Positions 40,393 to 48,871 of a stretch of DNA of 64,000 bases are shown here, piece by piece. The number at the start of each line of letters is the position of its first letter. The first letter of the stretch is position 1. A program made the translations under genes and the position numbers. The notes beneath the pieces are model-generated. The model was not told where the DNA came from and searched no databases. It saw nothing but the letters and a program-made list of their open reading frames with translations. This DNA is from an uncultured delta proteobacterium (GTDB lineage: Bacteria > Desulfobacterota > Zymogenia > Zymogenales > Zymogenaceae), in NCBI GenBank assembly GCA_963792965.1, contig CAWBYW010000013.1, positions 32,001 to 96,000 on the forward strand. The letters are read 5' to 3'.

Positions 40393-40440
40393 TTGACATG
40401 GTTTCAGGTCGGGATTACATTAATAATGATAACTATTAGT
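40393..40440 (+). promoter_or_regulatory. Sigma70 promoter with an adjacent Fur/PerR-like box
   Basis: TTGACA-17 bp-TACATT followed by AATAATGATAACTATTAGT (14/19 match to GATAATGATAATCATTATC). Confidence 0.6.
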
Positions 40441-40598
40441 AAGCGGGTGGTTCCCTACGTATCGGTTGTCCTGAGGCGACAAGAAGGGAGAGTGAGGTGG
40501 GTCGTCTTCGCCGATCGTATAGCAATTATTTATGACGACGCATTTCATTTTCGATAAACGCATGGTATTATTATTTCATCGAGAGAGGAGGTAAGGCC

Positions 40599-41114
40599 AT
40601 GAAAGAGCGGAAAGGTATTACGACCATGGCGGGGATGCCGCTCACCCTCGTCGGCGAAGAGGTGAGAGTAGGCGACAAAGCCCCCGATTTTACGGTGCTG
40701 GATAACGACCTCGGGCCGTTCCGGTTCTCCTCACTTGCCGGAAAGGTCGTCGTCATCTCCTCGGTTCCCTCCCTTGATACGCCGGTCTGCAACATGGAGA
40801 CCCGGCGCTTCAACGAGGAGGCGGGGCGGCTCCCGGGTGACGTCCGGGTCGTCACCATCAGCATGGACCTCCCGTTTGCGCAGAAGCGCTGGTGCGCCGC
40901 TGCGGGGGTCGAGCGGGTGAAGACCTACTCCGACCATCGCGACGCCGACTTCGGGACAAAGTACGGTGTGCTGACCAAGGAGACCAGGCTCTTGGCGCGG
41001 GCGATATTTGTCGTCGATAAGGCGGGTGTGATCCGCCATATCGAGGTATTGGATGATATCACCAAAGAGCCGCACTACGACGAGGTGCTCACGGCGGCAA
41101 AGAAGCTGGTATAG
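40599..41114 (+). CDS. tpx: Thiol peroxidase
   Basis: VPSLDTPVC, ISMDLPFAQKRWC, LLARA, EPHYD. Confidence 0.95.
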   Translation: MKERKGITTMAGMPLTLVGEEVRVGDKAPDFTVLDNDLGPFRFSSLAGKVVVISSVPSLDTPVCNMETRRFNEEAGRLPGDVRVVTISMDLPFAQKRWCAAAGVERVKTYSDHRDADFGTKYGVLTKETRLLARAIFVVDKAGVIRHIEVLDDITKEPHYDEVLTAAKKLV

Positions 41115-41188
41115 TCCGAAACCTCGGCGCTCGGCGCGCGACCGGCGGACTACGCATTGTATCAGGGGTAGCTTAAAAGGAGTTGAGC

Positions 41189-41608
41189 ATGAAACAGGAG
41201 ATTTCACGGCGGGGCTTTTTGGGCGCCTTTGTCGGCACACTTTCGGCATTGGGCGTCGTGCGCATCACGGCGGGCGAGGCGGCGGCTTCGGGTGAAAAGT
41301 GGGTCCTGGTGGGGAAGACGGGTGATTTTGGCGTCGGCGAGGCGAAACTGATCAAAGACGAGAAGGTTTACGTTATCCGAAACAAGAACGGGCTCTTCGC
41401 GATGAGCGCGGCATGCACACACCTCGGATGCGCGGTCGATCGACTGCAGGACGGGACCTACCTGTGTCCCTGTCACGGCTCGTCCTATGACGCCAAAGGC
41501 CTGGTGACGCACGGCCCCGCGAAGAAATCGCTTGTCTGGTACCAGACTCGGGAGTCTGACGGAGAGGTATACGTCAACTTCAAGGGGATCGTCGAGCCCG
41601 CGTCGTGA
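41189..41608 (+). CDS. Tat-exported Rieske [2Fe-2S] protein
   Basis: SRRGFL Tat motif, CTHLGC and CPCHGS. Confidence 0.9.
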   Translation: MKQEISRRGFLGAFVGTLSALGVVRITAGEAAASGEKWVLVGKTGDFGVGEAKLIKDEKVYVIRNKNGLFAMSAACTHLGCAVDRLQDGTYLCPCHGSSYDAKGLVTHGPAKKSLVWYQTRESDGEVYVNFKGIVEPAS

Positions 41609-41763
41609 TATGCCGGACTCGCGATAGTCACCGGTCGTATCACCCGGGACGTGCATGGGTCGGACGACGGGGAAAAGACGCGTGGGGGGCACAGGTGAGA
41701 CCCCATGAGACCGTCTCCGTCAGAATTGTCTCGTGAGGAGAAGCGGGAGGGGGTGACGGGAAG

Positions 41764-42267
41764 ATGGAAGAGAAACGATTCCGAATAGACGAGGTCTTCG
41801 AGATCGCCGTCGAAATGGAGCGACGGAAGACCTCTTTTTACCGGAGATCCGCACGGTCGACGCGCTCTAAGGGGACGCGGGAGCTGCTGCTGGAATTGGC
41901 CGACATGGAGGAAGAACACAGACGCCTCTTTTCCTCCTTCAGGGATAAGGTGAAGAAAACAGCGGAGAAGAAAGCCGACACGGCTCGCGACGAGCACGCC
42001 GACCCATTCCTTTTCGGATGGATTTCCGGAGTCGTCCTTGACGGTCTGTCGGGCACGGACGACCTGGGGGAGTCCGAGTCCCTTGAGGAGATATTGACGT
42101 TCGCCGTCGCGATGGAAAAAGATTCCGTCGTCTTCTATACCGGCCTCAAGGATGCCGTGGCGAGCAGGCGTGATAGGGAATATGTCGACAACATCATCCA
42201 TGAGGAGATGGGGCACCTCACACTTCTTTCCGACCAGCTGCGCTCCGTTAAGGGCGAGCTGATGTAG
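41764..42267 (+). CDS. Ferritin-like/rubrerythrin family protein
   Basis: AVEME..FY, EEEH, AMEKDSVVFY, EEMGH di-iron motifs. Confidence 0.85.
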   Translation: MEEKRFRIDEVFEIAVEMERRKTSFYRRSARSTRSKGTRELLLELADMEEEHRRLFSSFRDKVKKTAEKKADTARDEHADPFLFGWISGVVLDGLSGTDDLGESESLEEILTFAVAMEKDSVVFYTGLKDAVASRRDREYVDNIIHEEMGHLTLLSDQLRSVKGELM

Positions 42268-42300
42268 CACCGGTCTAAACCTATCATAGGGAGAAACGAG

Positions 42301-42831
42301 ATGGGAGAGCCGCCGAAGTCACTGGTGATGCTCGATAAGGCCCTCTCGATGGAAAGAGAGGGGAAAGCTTTTTATCAGCGGGCGATCGAAGCCTGCCATA
42401 ACGACGTAGGCAGGGAGATATTCAAGACTCTCAAGTCCGACGAGGATATCCACATCGCCCGTATCAGAAAGATCACGGAAAGCCTCGGGGGAGGGAACCC
42501 GTGGAGCGACGAGTGGAAGAATTACTCCTTTTCACACGGGGACTTGACGGCGTTCTTCAGCGGCCTTGCCCAAAAACACGGGTCGGAAAAAACGGCCGAC
42601 GCCAATGATGTGGACGCCTTGAACGTCGGCATAGACTTCGAGCTGAGGTCGGTGACCTTTTACGAGGGAAGCTTGGTAGGCGCGACCGACTCCCTTGAGC
42701 GTGAGTTCATCTCGCAGATGGTCATCGAGGAGAAGAGCCACCACAAGATCCTCGAGGACGCGAAACTCTACCTGACCGACCCGTCATCCTGGTTCCGCGA
42801 GCACGAAAAGGGCGGGCTCGACGGGGCATAG
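42301..42831 (+). CDS. Ferritin-like/rubrerythrin family protein
   Basis: MEREGKAFY, DEDIH, FELRSVTFY, EEKSH; C-terminal WF...GLDGA. Confidence 0.85.
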   Translation: MGEPPKSLVMLDKALSMEREGKAFYQRAIEACHNDVGREIFKTLKSDEDIHIARIRKITESLGGGNPWSDEWKNYSFSHGDLTAFFSGLAQKHGSEKTADANDVDALNVGIDFELRSVTFYEGSLVGATDSLEREFISQMVIEEKSHHKILEDAKLYLTDPSSWFREHEKGGLDGA

Positions 42832-42870
42832 GCGGCGCCCACCAGAGAGAGTCCGCGCGACAATCGCCAT

Positions 42871-42900
42871 AATAAAACGGGCGGGACTGGTCCCGCCCGT
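42871..42900 (-). terminator. Intrinsic terminator between convergent genes
   Basis: ACGGGCGGGA-ctgg-TCCCGCCCGT with TTTTATT on the minus strand. Confidence 0.7.
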
Positions 42901-42932
42901 CCTTCCCGAAGGCAGAAAGAGCTCCGCCGTCG

Positions 42933-44459
42933 TTACTTCTTCTGATATTCCTCTTTCATCTTGTACTTGAGGACCTTGCCGGAGGGATTGCGCGGCAGTG
43001 CCGGGAGGAAATAGACGACCTTCGGCCGCTTATAGCCCGGAAGCGTCTTCTTGGCGTAGGCCAACAGCTCCTGTTCGGTGGCTGTCTTGTCGGGCTTCAG
43101 CACGATCGCCGCGTGTATCATCTCCCCCCACTTCGGGTCCGGCAGGCCGAAGACCGCCGCCTCCTGTACCGCCGGGTGCGTCAACAGTGCGTCCTCGACC
43201 TCCTTGGCAAAGACGTTCTCCCCGCCGGTCTTGATCATGTCCTTCCTTCGATCCACAAAGTAGAGGAAACCGTCCTTATCCCGGCTCACGATATCGCCCG
43301 TGTGGAGCCAGCCGTCCACAAAGGTCTTTTTCGTCTCGTCGTCTCGCTTATAGTAGCCCGAGATGACCGAGGGCCCCTTGAGGAGAAGCTCGCCGGGGTC
43401 GCCCACCTTGACCTCTCTGTCCTGATCGTCGACGATGAGGTAGGCCAGGGCCGGATTGACCACGCCGATCGATCCGGCTTTTTCAAACATCATGGCATCG
43501 GCAAGCACCGTCGCGTTGCCGCCCGACGATTCGGTCAGCCCGTAGGTGTAGAAAAGCTCGGCCGTGGGCATATATTTCTTTACGTCTTTCTTGAGCTCGT
43601 CGGGAAAGGTGGCGGCCGCGGTGGCGAACACACGCACGTGGGTCACGTCGTATTTGATGGCCTCGGGCACCGCCATAATCCAGTTGAAGAGGAACGGGGG
43701 GACGACCATCGCCACGGTGACCTTCTCATCGTGGAGATTCTTCATGTAGGCGACCGGCTCAAACCGATGCTGCAGCACGACCCGGGCCCCCGCCGCCACA
43801 AGGGAGTTGAGACAGTTGTTGATGATGACGTGAAAGAGGGGCAGCACCTGGATCCCCGTGTCTTTTGGCGAGAGGGAGAGGGCGTTGATCGTCGTGAAGA
43901 CGGCCCAGAGCGCGTTCTCATGAGTAAGCATGGCCAGCTTGCTGACGCCGGTCGTGCCGCCGGTGCACAGGAAGATGTACGGGTCAGATCCCACGACCTC
44001 GGCCCTGGGCTCCTCCGGCGAGCCCTTCTTGAGGAATGCTTCGTAGTCAATCGCATAGTCAAGGGGCTTCTTTCCTACCTCGATATAGGTCTTGACCTTC
44101 GGGAGTTTTCCCCGCATGGCCTTGACCATTTCCGCAAATTCGTCGTGAAATATGAGAGCCTTGGCGTCGGAGAGGTCGACGAGATACCCGATATCCGGCG
44201 CGAGGAGCCGGGTCTTGACCGGAAAATAGACGACGCCGATCTTGGCCAGGGCATAATTCGCCTCGACCATAGCAGGGATATTCTCGGCCAGCATCGCGAC
44301 TTTGTCGCCTTTCTTGAGGCCGAGAGAGAGCAGCGCGTTGGCCAGCCTGTTGACGCGCTCGTTGAGCCGCCTGTAGGTATACCGCTCTTCCTCGAAGATA
44401 AGGGCCTCGCGGTCGGGGTACTGGATCGCATTTCGCGCCACGATATTTCCGATAGTCAT
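42933..44459 (-). CDS. Acyl-CoA synthetase (AMP-forming, long-chain-fatty-acid CoA ligase family)
   Basis: TGGTTG..K, YGLTE, WLHTGD, DRRKDMIKTGGENV, PRNPSGK; GGGGGAGG RBS before ATG 44459. Confidence 0.92.
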   Translation of the reverse strand: MTIGNIVARNAIQYPDREALIFEEERYTYRRLNERVNRLANALLSLGLKKGDKVAMLAENIPAMVEANYALAKIGVVYFPVKTRLLAPDIGYLVDLSDAKALIFHDEFAEMVKAMRGKLPKVKTYIEVGKKPLDYAIDYEAFLKKGSPEEPRAEVVGSDPYIFLCTGGTTGVSKLAMLTHENALWAVFTTINALSLSPKDTGIQVLPLFHVIINNCLNSLVAAGARVVLQHRFEPVAYMKNLHDEKVTVAMVVPPFLFNWIMAVPEAIKYDVTHVRVFATAAATFPDELKKDVKKYMPTAELFYTYGLTESSGGNATVLADAMMFEKAGSIGVVNPALAYLIVDDQDREVKVGDPGELLLKGPSVISGYYKRDDETKKTFVDGWLHTGDIVSRDKDGFLYFVDRRKDMIKTGGENVFAKEVEDALLTHPAVQEAAVFGLPDPKWGEMIHAAIVLKPDKTATEQELLAYAKKTLPGYKRPKVVYFLPALPRNPSGKVLKYKMKEEYQKK

Positions 44460-44745
44460 ACCTCCCCCCTGTTCGTGACCATATGGATTAAGTAAGGTAG
44501 CCGATAGGTTAGTAATACTAACTTTGTGGTGCCTTGTCAAGTATTTTGGGCAGAGAACGAAACGAAAAAAGAATAGTCTTGAGGAGCGAGCACGTTCGTA
44601 GTATAGTGGCCTCATCAATCCAACCAAAGGATCGGGAAGCTGCAACGCCCGCCGCGGCAACAGGCGGTCGGGCGTGCTGTCTCAGAGAATGCCTCAAGAG
44701 GGCATTTTTTATATTTGCCGGACCGAGTGTGCCGGCGGAGTAATC

Positions 44746-45450
44746 ATGCGACTGGGTAAGATATTCAATTTTCAGGAGGTCAAGAAAGGGTTCGTGCAAT
44801 CGGCCCCTGTCATGGTGTCGGTCCTCGCCTTCGGCCTCGTCTACGGCGTTCTGTCGATACAATCGGGCCTGACGATCCTTGAGGCCTTCCTCTCCTGCAT
44901 CATCGTCCTGGCGGGGATGTCCCAGTTTGCCTCGCTGCCGCTGTTTGCCGCCAACATCAGCCCCCTCACGATCATCGGCACGACGTTCATCATCAACATG
45001 CGCCACCTGATCATGGGGGCCTCCATTTCGCGGAGGTTCACGGAGCGGGGCCTCTTCGGGAAGGCCGCGGCCTCCTATTTCCTCATCGATGAGTCGTTTG
45101 CGATGGCCACCGCCTATGCCGAAAAAGAAAGGGGAGGTTCCGTCCGCGACTACATGATCGGGTCGGGGCTGGCGGTCTTTGCCTCGTGGAATATCGGCAC
45201 CGTGGTGGGGGCGCTCTTCGGCAACTTCCTCGGAGATCCGAAGGTGTACGGGCTCGATTTTGCGGCGGCGGCGGCCTTCCTCGGGCTTCTGGTCCCCCAG
45301 ATCAAGGGGAAGGGCGACCTCCTCGTGCTCTTGGTCGGGGCGATCCTTTCGGTCGGCGCCTACCTTTCTTTCGAGGGGAGCTGGTATATCCTTATCACCG
45401 GAATCTTCGCGAGCCTTGTGGGGGCCCTGGTGGCACACGATGAGAAGTGA
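44746..45450 (+). CDS. azlc: AzlC family branched-chain amino acid exporter
   Basis: AGMSQF, INMRH, LIDESFA, GLDFA. Confidence 0.88.
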   Translation: MRLGKIFNFQEVKKGFVQSAPVMVSVLAFGLVYGVLSIQSGLTILEAFLSCIIVLAGMSQFASLPLFAANISPLTIIGTTFIINMRHLIMGASISRRFTERGLFGKAAASYFLIDESFAMATAYAEKERGGSVRDYMIGSGLAVFASWNIGTVVGALFGNFLGDPKVYGLDFAAAAAFLGLLVPQIKGKGDLLVLLVGAILSVGAYLSFEGSWYILITGIFASLVGALVAHDEK

Positions 45451-45763
45451 GGTTTTTATAACCCTTGTCGGCATGGGGCTGGTAACCTACCTGACGCGCG
45501 CCCTCTTCATCATCGGGCTCAAGGGCGATACGCTGCCCCCCTTCGTTGTCCGGTGGCTCTCGTTTGTCCCCGTGGCGGTGCTGACCGCCATCATCTGCCC
45601 CATGATCGCGGCCCCGCAAAAACATCTCAACCTCACCTACGACAACCCCTATCTTCTGGCGGGAATTCTCACGACCGTCATCGCGGTCGCCACGAAAAAC
45701 CTCGTCGTCACCGTCCTCGGCGGGATGGGCATAATCCTCCTGTTGAAATTCTTCATGGGATAG
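45440..45763 (+). CDS. azlD: AzlD family protein
   Basis: MGLVTYLTR, LSFVPVAVLTA; overlaps the azlC stop. Confidence 0.85.
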   Translation: MRSEVFITLVGMGLVTYLTRALFIIGLKGDTLPPFVVRWLSFVPVAVLTAIICPMIAAPQKHLNLTYDNPYLLAGILTTVIAVATKNLVVTVLGGMGIILLLKFFMG

Positions 45764-45769
45764 GCCCGC

Positions 45770-46546
45770 CTATATCCTGCCGATTACCTCAAGGAGAATC
45801 ACAAAGATGACGACGTCGGCAAAGACGTGGGTGATGATCGCCATCAAGAGCCCCCCCGCGCGCATCCTGATGAGTCCGAGCATGATCCCGTAGATGAACG
45901 CAAGCGCGACGCCCACGACGCCGTTGGGCACGCCCCAGATGTGCGCCGCTCCGAAGAAGAGGGCCTGTACCACGAGGACGGCCCAGGGAGTCCCGATAAG
46001 CTTCGTCAACCCCTGCCAGATGATCCCCCGGTAGATCACTTCCTCGACTATGGCGTTGAGGAGCGCGAACCCGAGCCCGCCGACGAGGAGCTGGTAGAGC
46101 GGCCTCGGGGGAAAGAACCGGGTGAAGACCGCGATGTCCGGGTGCAGGAGACGGTACCAGAGGACCAGCGCCCCCGAGCTGACGATGACCACGACAAGGG
46201 AGTAGACGGCGAGCCGCGGCGTGACCGCGCCCCAGGCGAGCCAGGTCGTGTCTTTACGGAGGGGTCGTGCGGCCAGGACAAGCGCGGTGTAGACGAGGAT
46301 CGGCACGATAAGGAGCAGCCCGAGGCTGACGAAGGGCAGGAGCCGGAAGAGGTAGCACATCAAGAGGAAGAGTGAGGGGCCGAGAAGGGGCGGCCGTCTC
46401 AGGGAAAAATAGGCAACAATGAAGAGGAGCACCGCGATCGTGACCCAGCGATAGATCCCCTCGATCGGGGGAACAAGGAGGGAAAAGATCACCAGGAGGG
46501 AGAAGAGGATCAGGCCGAAGATCGTATCGAGTTTTTTTGCGGCCAT
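45770..46546 (-). CDS. CPBP (CAAX protease-like) intramembrane metalloprotease
   Basis: EEVIYRG, FGAAH, HVFAD motifs; multiple TM helices. Confidence 0.88.
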   Translation of the reverse strand: MAAKKLDTIFGLILFSLLVIFSLLVPPIEGIYRWVTIAVLLFIVAYFSLRRPPLLGPSLFLLMCYLFRLLPFVSLGLLLIVPILVYTALVLAARPLRKDTTWLAWGAVTPRLAVYSLVVVIVSSGALVLWYRLLHPDIAVFTRFFPPRPLYQLLVGGLGFALLNAIVEEVIYRGIIWQGLTKLIGTPWAVLVVQALFFGAAHIWGVPNGVVGVALAFIYGIMLGLIRMRAGGLLMAIITHVFADVVIFVILLEVIGRI

Positions 46547-46743
46547 GGCCGTTACTATCCCCAGACGAATGGATTAGCGTAGTGAATCAACATATCCCAT
46601 CCGATCGTCCGTTTCAAACAAAAAACGGAGCAGGGGGATTTCCACGTTGGGGAAGCCCGTCATCCTTATCGCCGCGGATACTGTGCGTGCAGTCACGACT
46701 CTTAACCAAGGCAATTTTCGGCGCGGTTCCTTACGGTGAACGA

Positions 46744-47964
46744 CTACTTGACGACCTTTTTTCCCCTGAGCGTCGCTATCTGTTCATTGCTGTAACCGAA
46801 TTCCCGCAAGACCTCATCGTTATGTTCGCCAAGTCTCGGCGCATTTCTCATGATGGCAGTACTTTCGCCGTTAAATTTCACCGGATTTCCCATGATCCAG
46901 TCTTTTCTTCCATTTGGCAGCGTATATTCCAGCATAAAATCATTTGCCCTGACCTGAGGATCGTCTTTCAATTCATGCCATCTCTGATTTACCTCATGGA
47001 CGATATCCGCCTTCTTCAAACGATCGACAAGCTCAGAGCAGGTGTATTTTGAAAATTCTTCGTCAATGATTTGCGCCTGCACCGTGGCATAATTGAACAT
47101 GTCGGCCTGTGTTGCAAATCGCTTGTCGTCGGCAAGCTCGGGTTTCAAAAGGACGGTCTCGCAAAAGGGCCTCCAGTATCGGTCATATTCAAGGACTATA
47201 ACGGTAATCCAACGATCATCTTTCGATCTATAGCTGTTCATCATACCGGAGCGGGGATTTTTACGGGATTGTTTCGGCCATCCGTTATTGTTATTGGCGC
47301 AAATGATGCTGAGCCCAAGAGTCCAGATCGCGGTGCTCAGAAGGGATGTCTGCACCTTGGTCCCCTTTCCGGTCTTTTCGCGGTGGTAGAGGGCCGCAAT
47401 AATACCCCCTGCTAAATACATGCCGGTACTATGATCGCCGAAACCGGCAACCGGGGGCATGGGTTCCGTTCCCGGTTCGCCAAATTCCACGAGTATTCCC
47501 GATCGGGCGAAATACGCCGCGAGGTCAAAACCCGGCTTGTCCTTATCGGGCCCATCGTCTCCATATCCATTCAGATACGCGTAAACAATTTTGGGATATT
47601 TATCCGAGATTGATTCGTAATCCATACCAAGCTTTAAGAGGGCCTTCGGCCGAAAATTCGTTACAAAAACATCCGCTTTTTCCAGCATTCGACCGATAAT
47701 CTCTTTTCCCGTATCGGTTTTGAGGTCAAAGCATGTTCCCCGTTTATTCCTATTATCCCCATCAAAAAGAATATTGTCATCATCGGCCACGGTGCATTTC
47801 ATTATGTAACCGAAATAGCGATAATAATCTCCGGTTAATGGCTCGATTTTGATAACATCGGCACCCCAGTCTGCAAGTACTGAGGAACACGCAGGTCCAG
47901 CCACAAAAGTCGTCAAGTCCACAACCTTGACTCCAGCGAGCGGAAGGGTCAGTTCTTTTGTCAT
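46744..47964 (-). CDS. Class III (CaiB/BaiF) CoA-transferase
   Basis: LAGVKVVDL, AGP, GADVIKIEP, NRNKR, ADVFVTNFR, GFGDH, APRLGEH. Confidence 0.92.
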   Translation of the reverse strand: MTKELTLPLAGVKVVDLTTFVAGPACSSVLADWGADVIKIEPLTGDYYRYFGYIMKCTVADDDNILFDGDNRNKRGTCFDLKTDTGKEIIGRMLEKADVFVTNFRPKALLKLGMDYESISDKYPKIVYAYLNGYGDDGPDKDKPGFDLAAYFARSGILVEFGEPGTEPMPPVAGFGDHSTGMYLAGGIIAALYHREKTGKGTKVQTSLLSTAIWTLGLSIICANNNNGWPKQSRKNPRSGMMNSYRSKDDRWITVIVLEYDRYWRPFCETVLLKPELADDKRFATQADMFNYATVQAQIIDEEFSKYTCSELVDRLKKADIVHEVNQRWHELKDDPQVRANDFMLEYTLPNGRKDWIMGNPVKFNGESTAIMRNAPRLGEHNDEVLREFGYSNEQIATLRGKKVVK

Positions 47965-48454
47965 TTCTAAACTCCTTTTATCGATACCAACGTGCGTCAG
48001 GTTTTAGTTCAGAATAGAGATACCAAATGAAACTCCTTCGCATGAGCAGTACTATCGCCCGGAATTCATGAATGAAATCGATAATAAATATTTTCCATCA
48101 CTACCGAGGACATACGCATAAAAGGTGCTTTTTTTACAGCTTAAAGCGGTTAAGAGCTAATTTCCAACATTTATTTTCATTGCGGCGGTGAAGAGTTGTT
48201 TCGAGAATTACCTTCCGGTAAGGTGGGCTTAGTATACTACACCACGTCCCCTTCGACTACAACTTTTTCACACTCAAACCGCCGATAAATCACCAATCCA
48301 TCAAGAAACGTCTGAAAGGCCGTTCGCCCCGGCAGTACCTCACCTGATTCGTCCGAGCCATTATGGTATCTCAAGGACTGGTCAAGATCGGCTTAGCTCT
48401 TCCTGATAGTCCGATACAGCTCTCTCAATAGAGAATGCCACCGTCTCAGGCCCC

Positions 48455-48765
48455 CCCGATGAGGTGCGGCAACCACGTGGGTTGGAGGGGCAACCACGGG
48501 CCCAATAACGAGGTATGAGAGAACTTCGTCGGGGCCGACGTGACTATACGCTCGGGAGGCCGCGGGGAAGAGTGTTCGGCTTCTTGGCCCGCAACAGGAT
48601 AGGGGACCTTCGCCGCCTTCTTCTTATCGCCGCAGTCTATTCCCTTGGCGTGAATTAGTTTCAGGGCGCAGCCCCACGGTGGGGAGCGCCGATTATTATA
48701 GGATCTCGGCGAGTGGAACAAATTCATCCGGAAAAGGGTTATCATCCCCCCATCGTCTGATCGGG
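48455..48765 (+). ncRNA. Candidate large structured non-coding RNA, family not recognised
   Basis: The 5' and 3' ends pair, there are several nested long-range helices with G-U wobbles on the + strand, an intrinsic terminator follows, and no credible ORF is present. Confidence 0.6.
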
Positions 48766-48768
48766 TCC

Positions 48769-48804
48769 AAAAAACCCCCTCTTCGTCAGCGAAGGGGGGG
48801 TTTT
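48769..48804. terminator. Bidirectional intrinsic terminator
   Basis: AAAAAACCCCCTCTTCG-tcag-CGAAGGGGGGGTTTT between the candidate RNA and the convergent corA. Confidence 0.8.
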
Positions 48805-48871
48805 GTCTTAGTGAGTAGGAGACGCAATCACAAGCGGTGGACCGCCGGGTCCGTGAGGCACGACCGTTATC

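Noticed and set aside
48455-48765. tmRNA, SRP RNA, canonical RNase P, 6S RNA, group II intron or cobalamin riboswitch
   Set aside because: No T-arm/CCA end, no SRP domain IV motif, no GAGGAAAGUCC, longer and more branched than 6S, no intron domain V and no B12 box.
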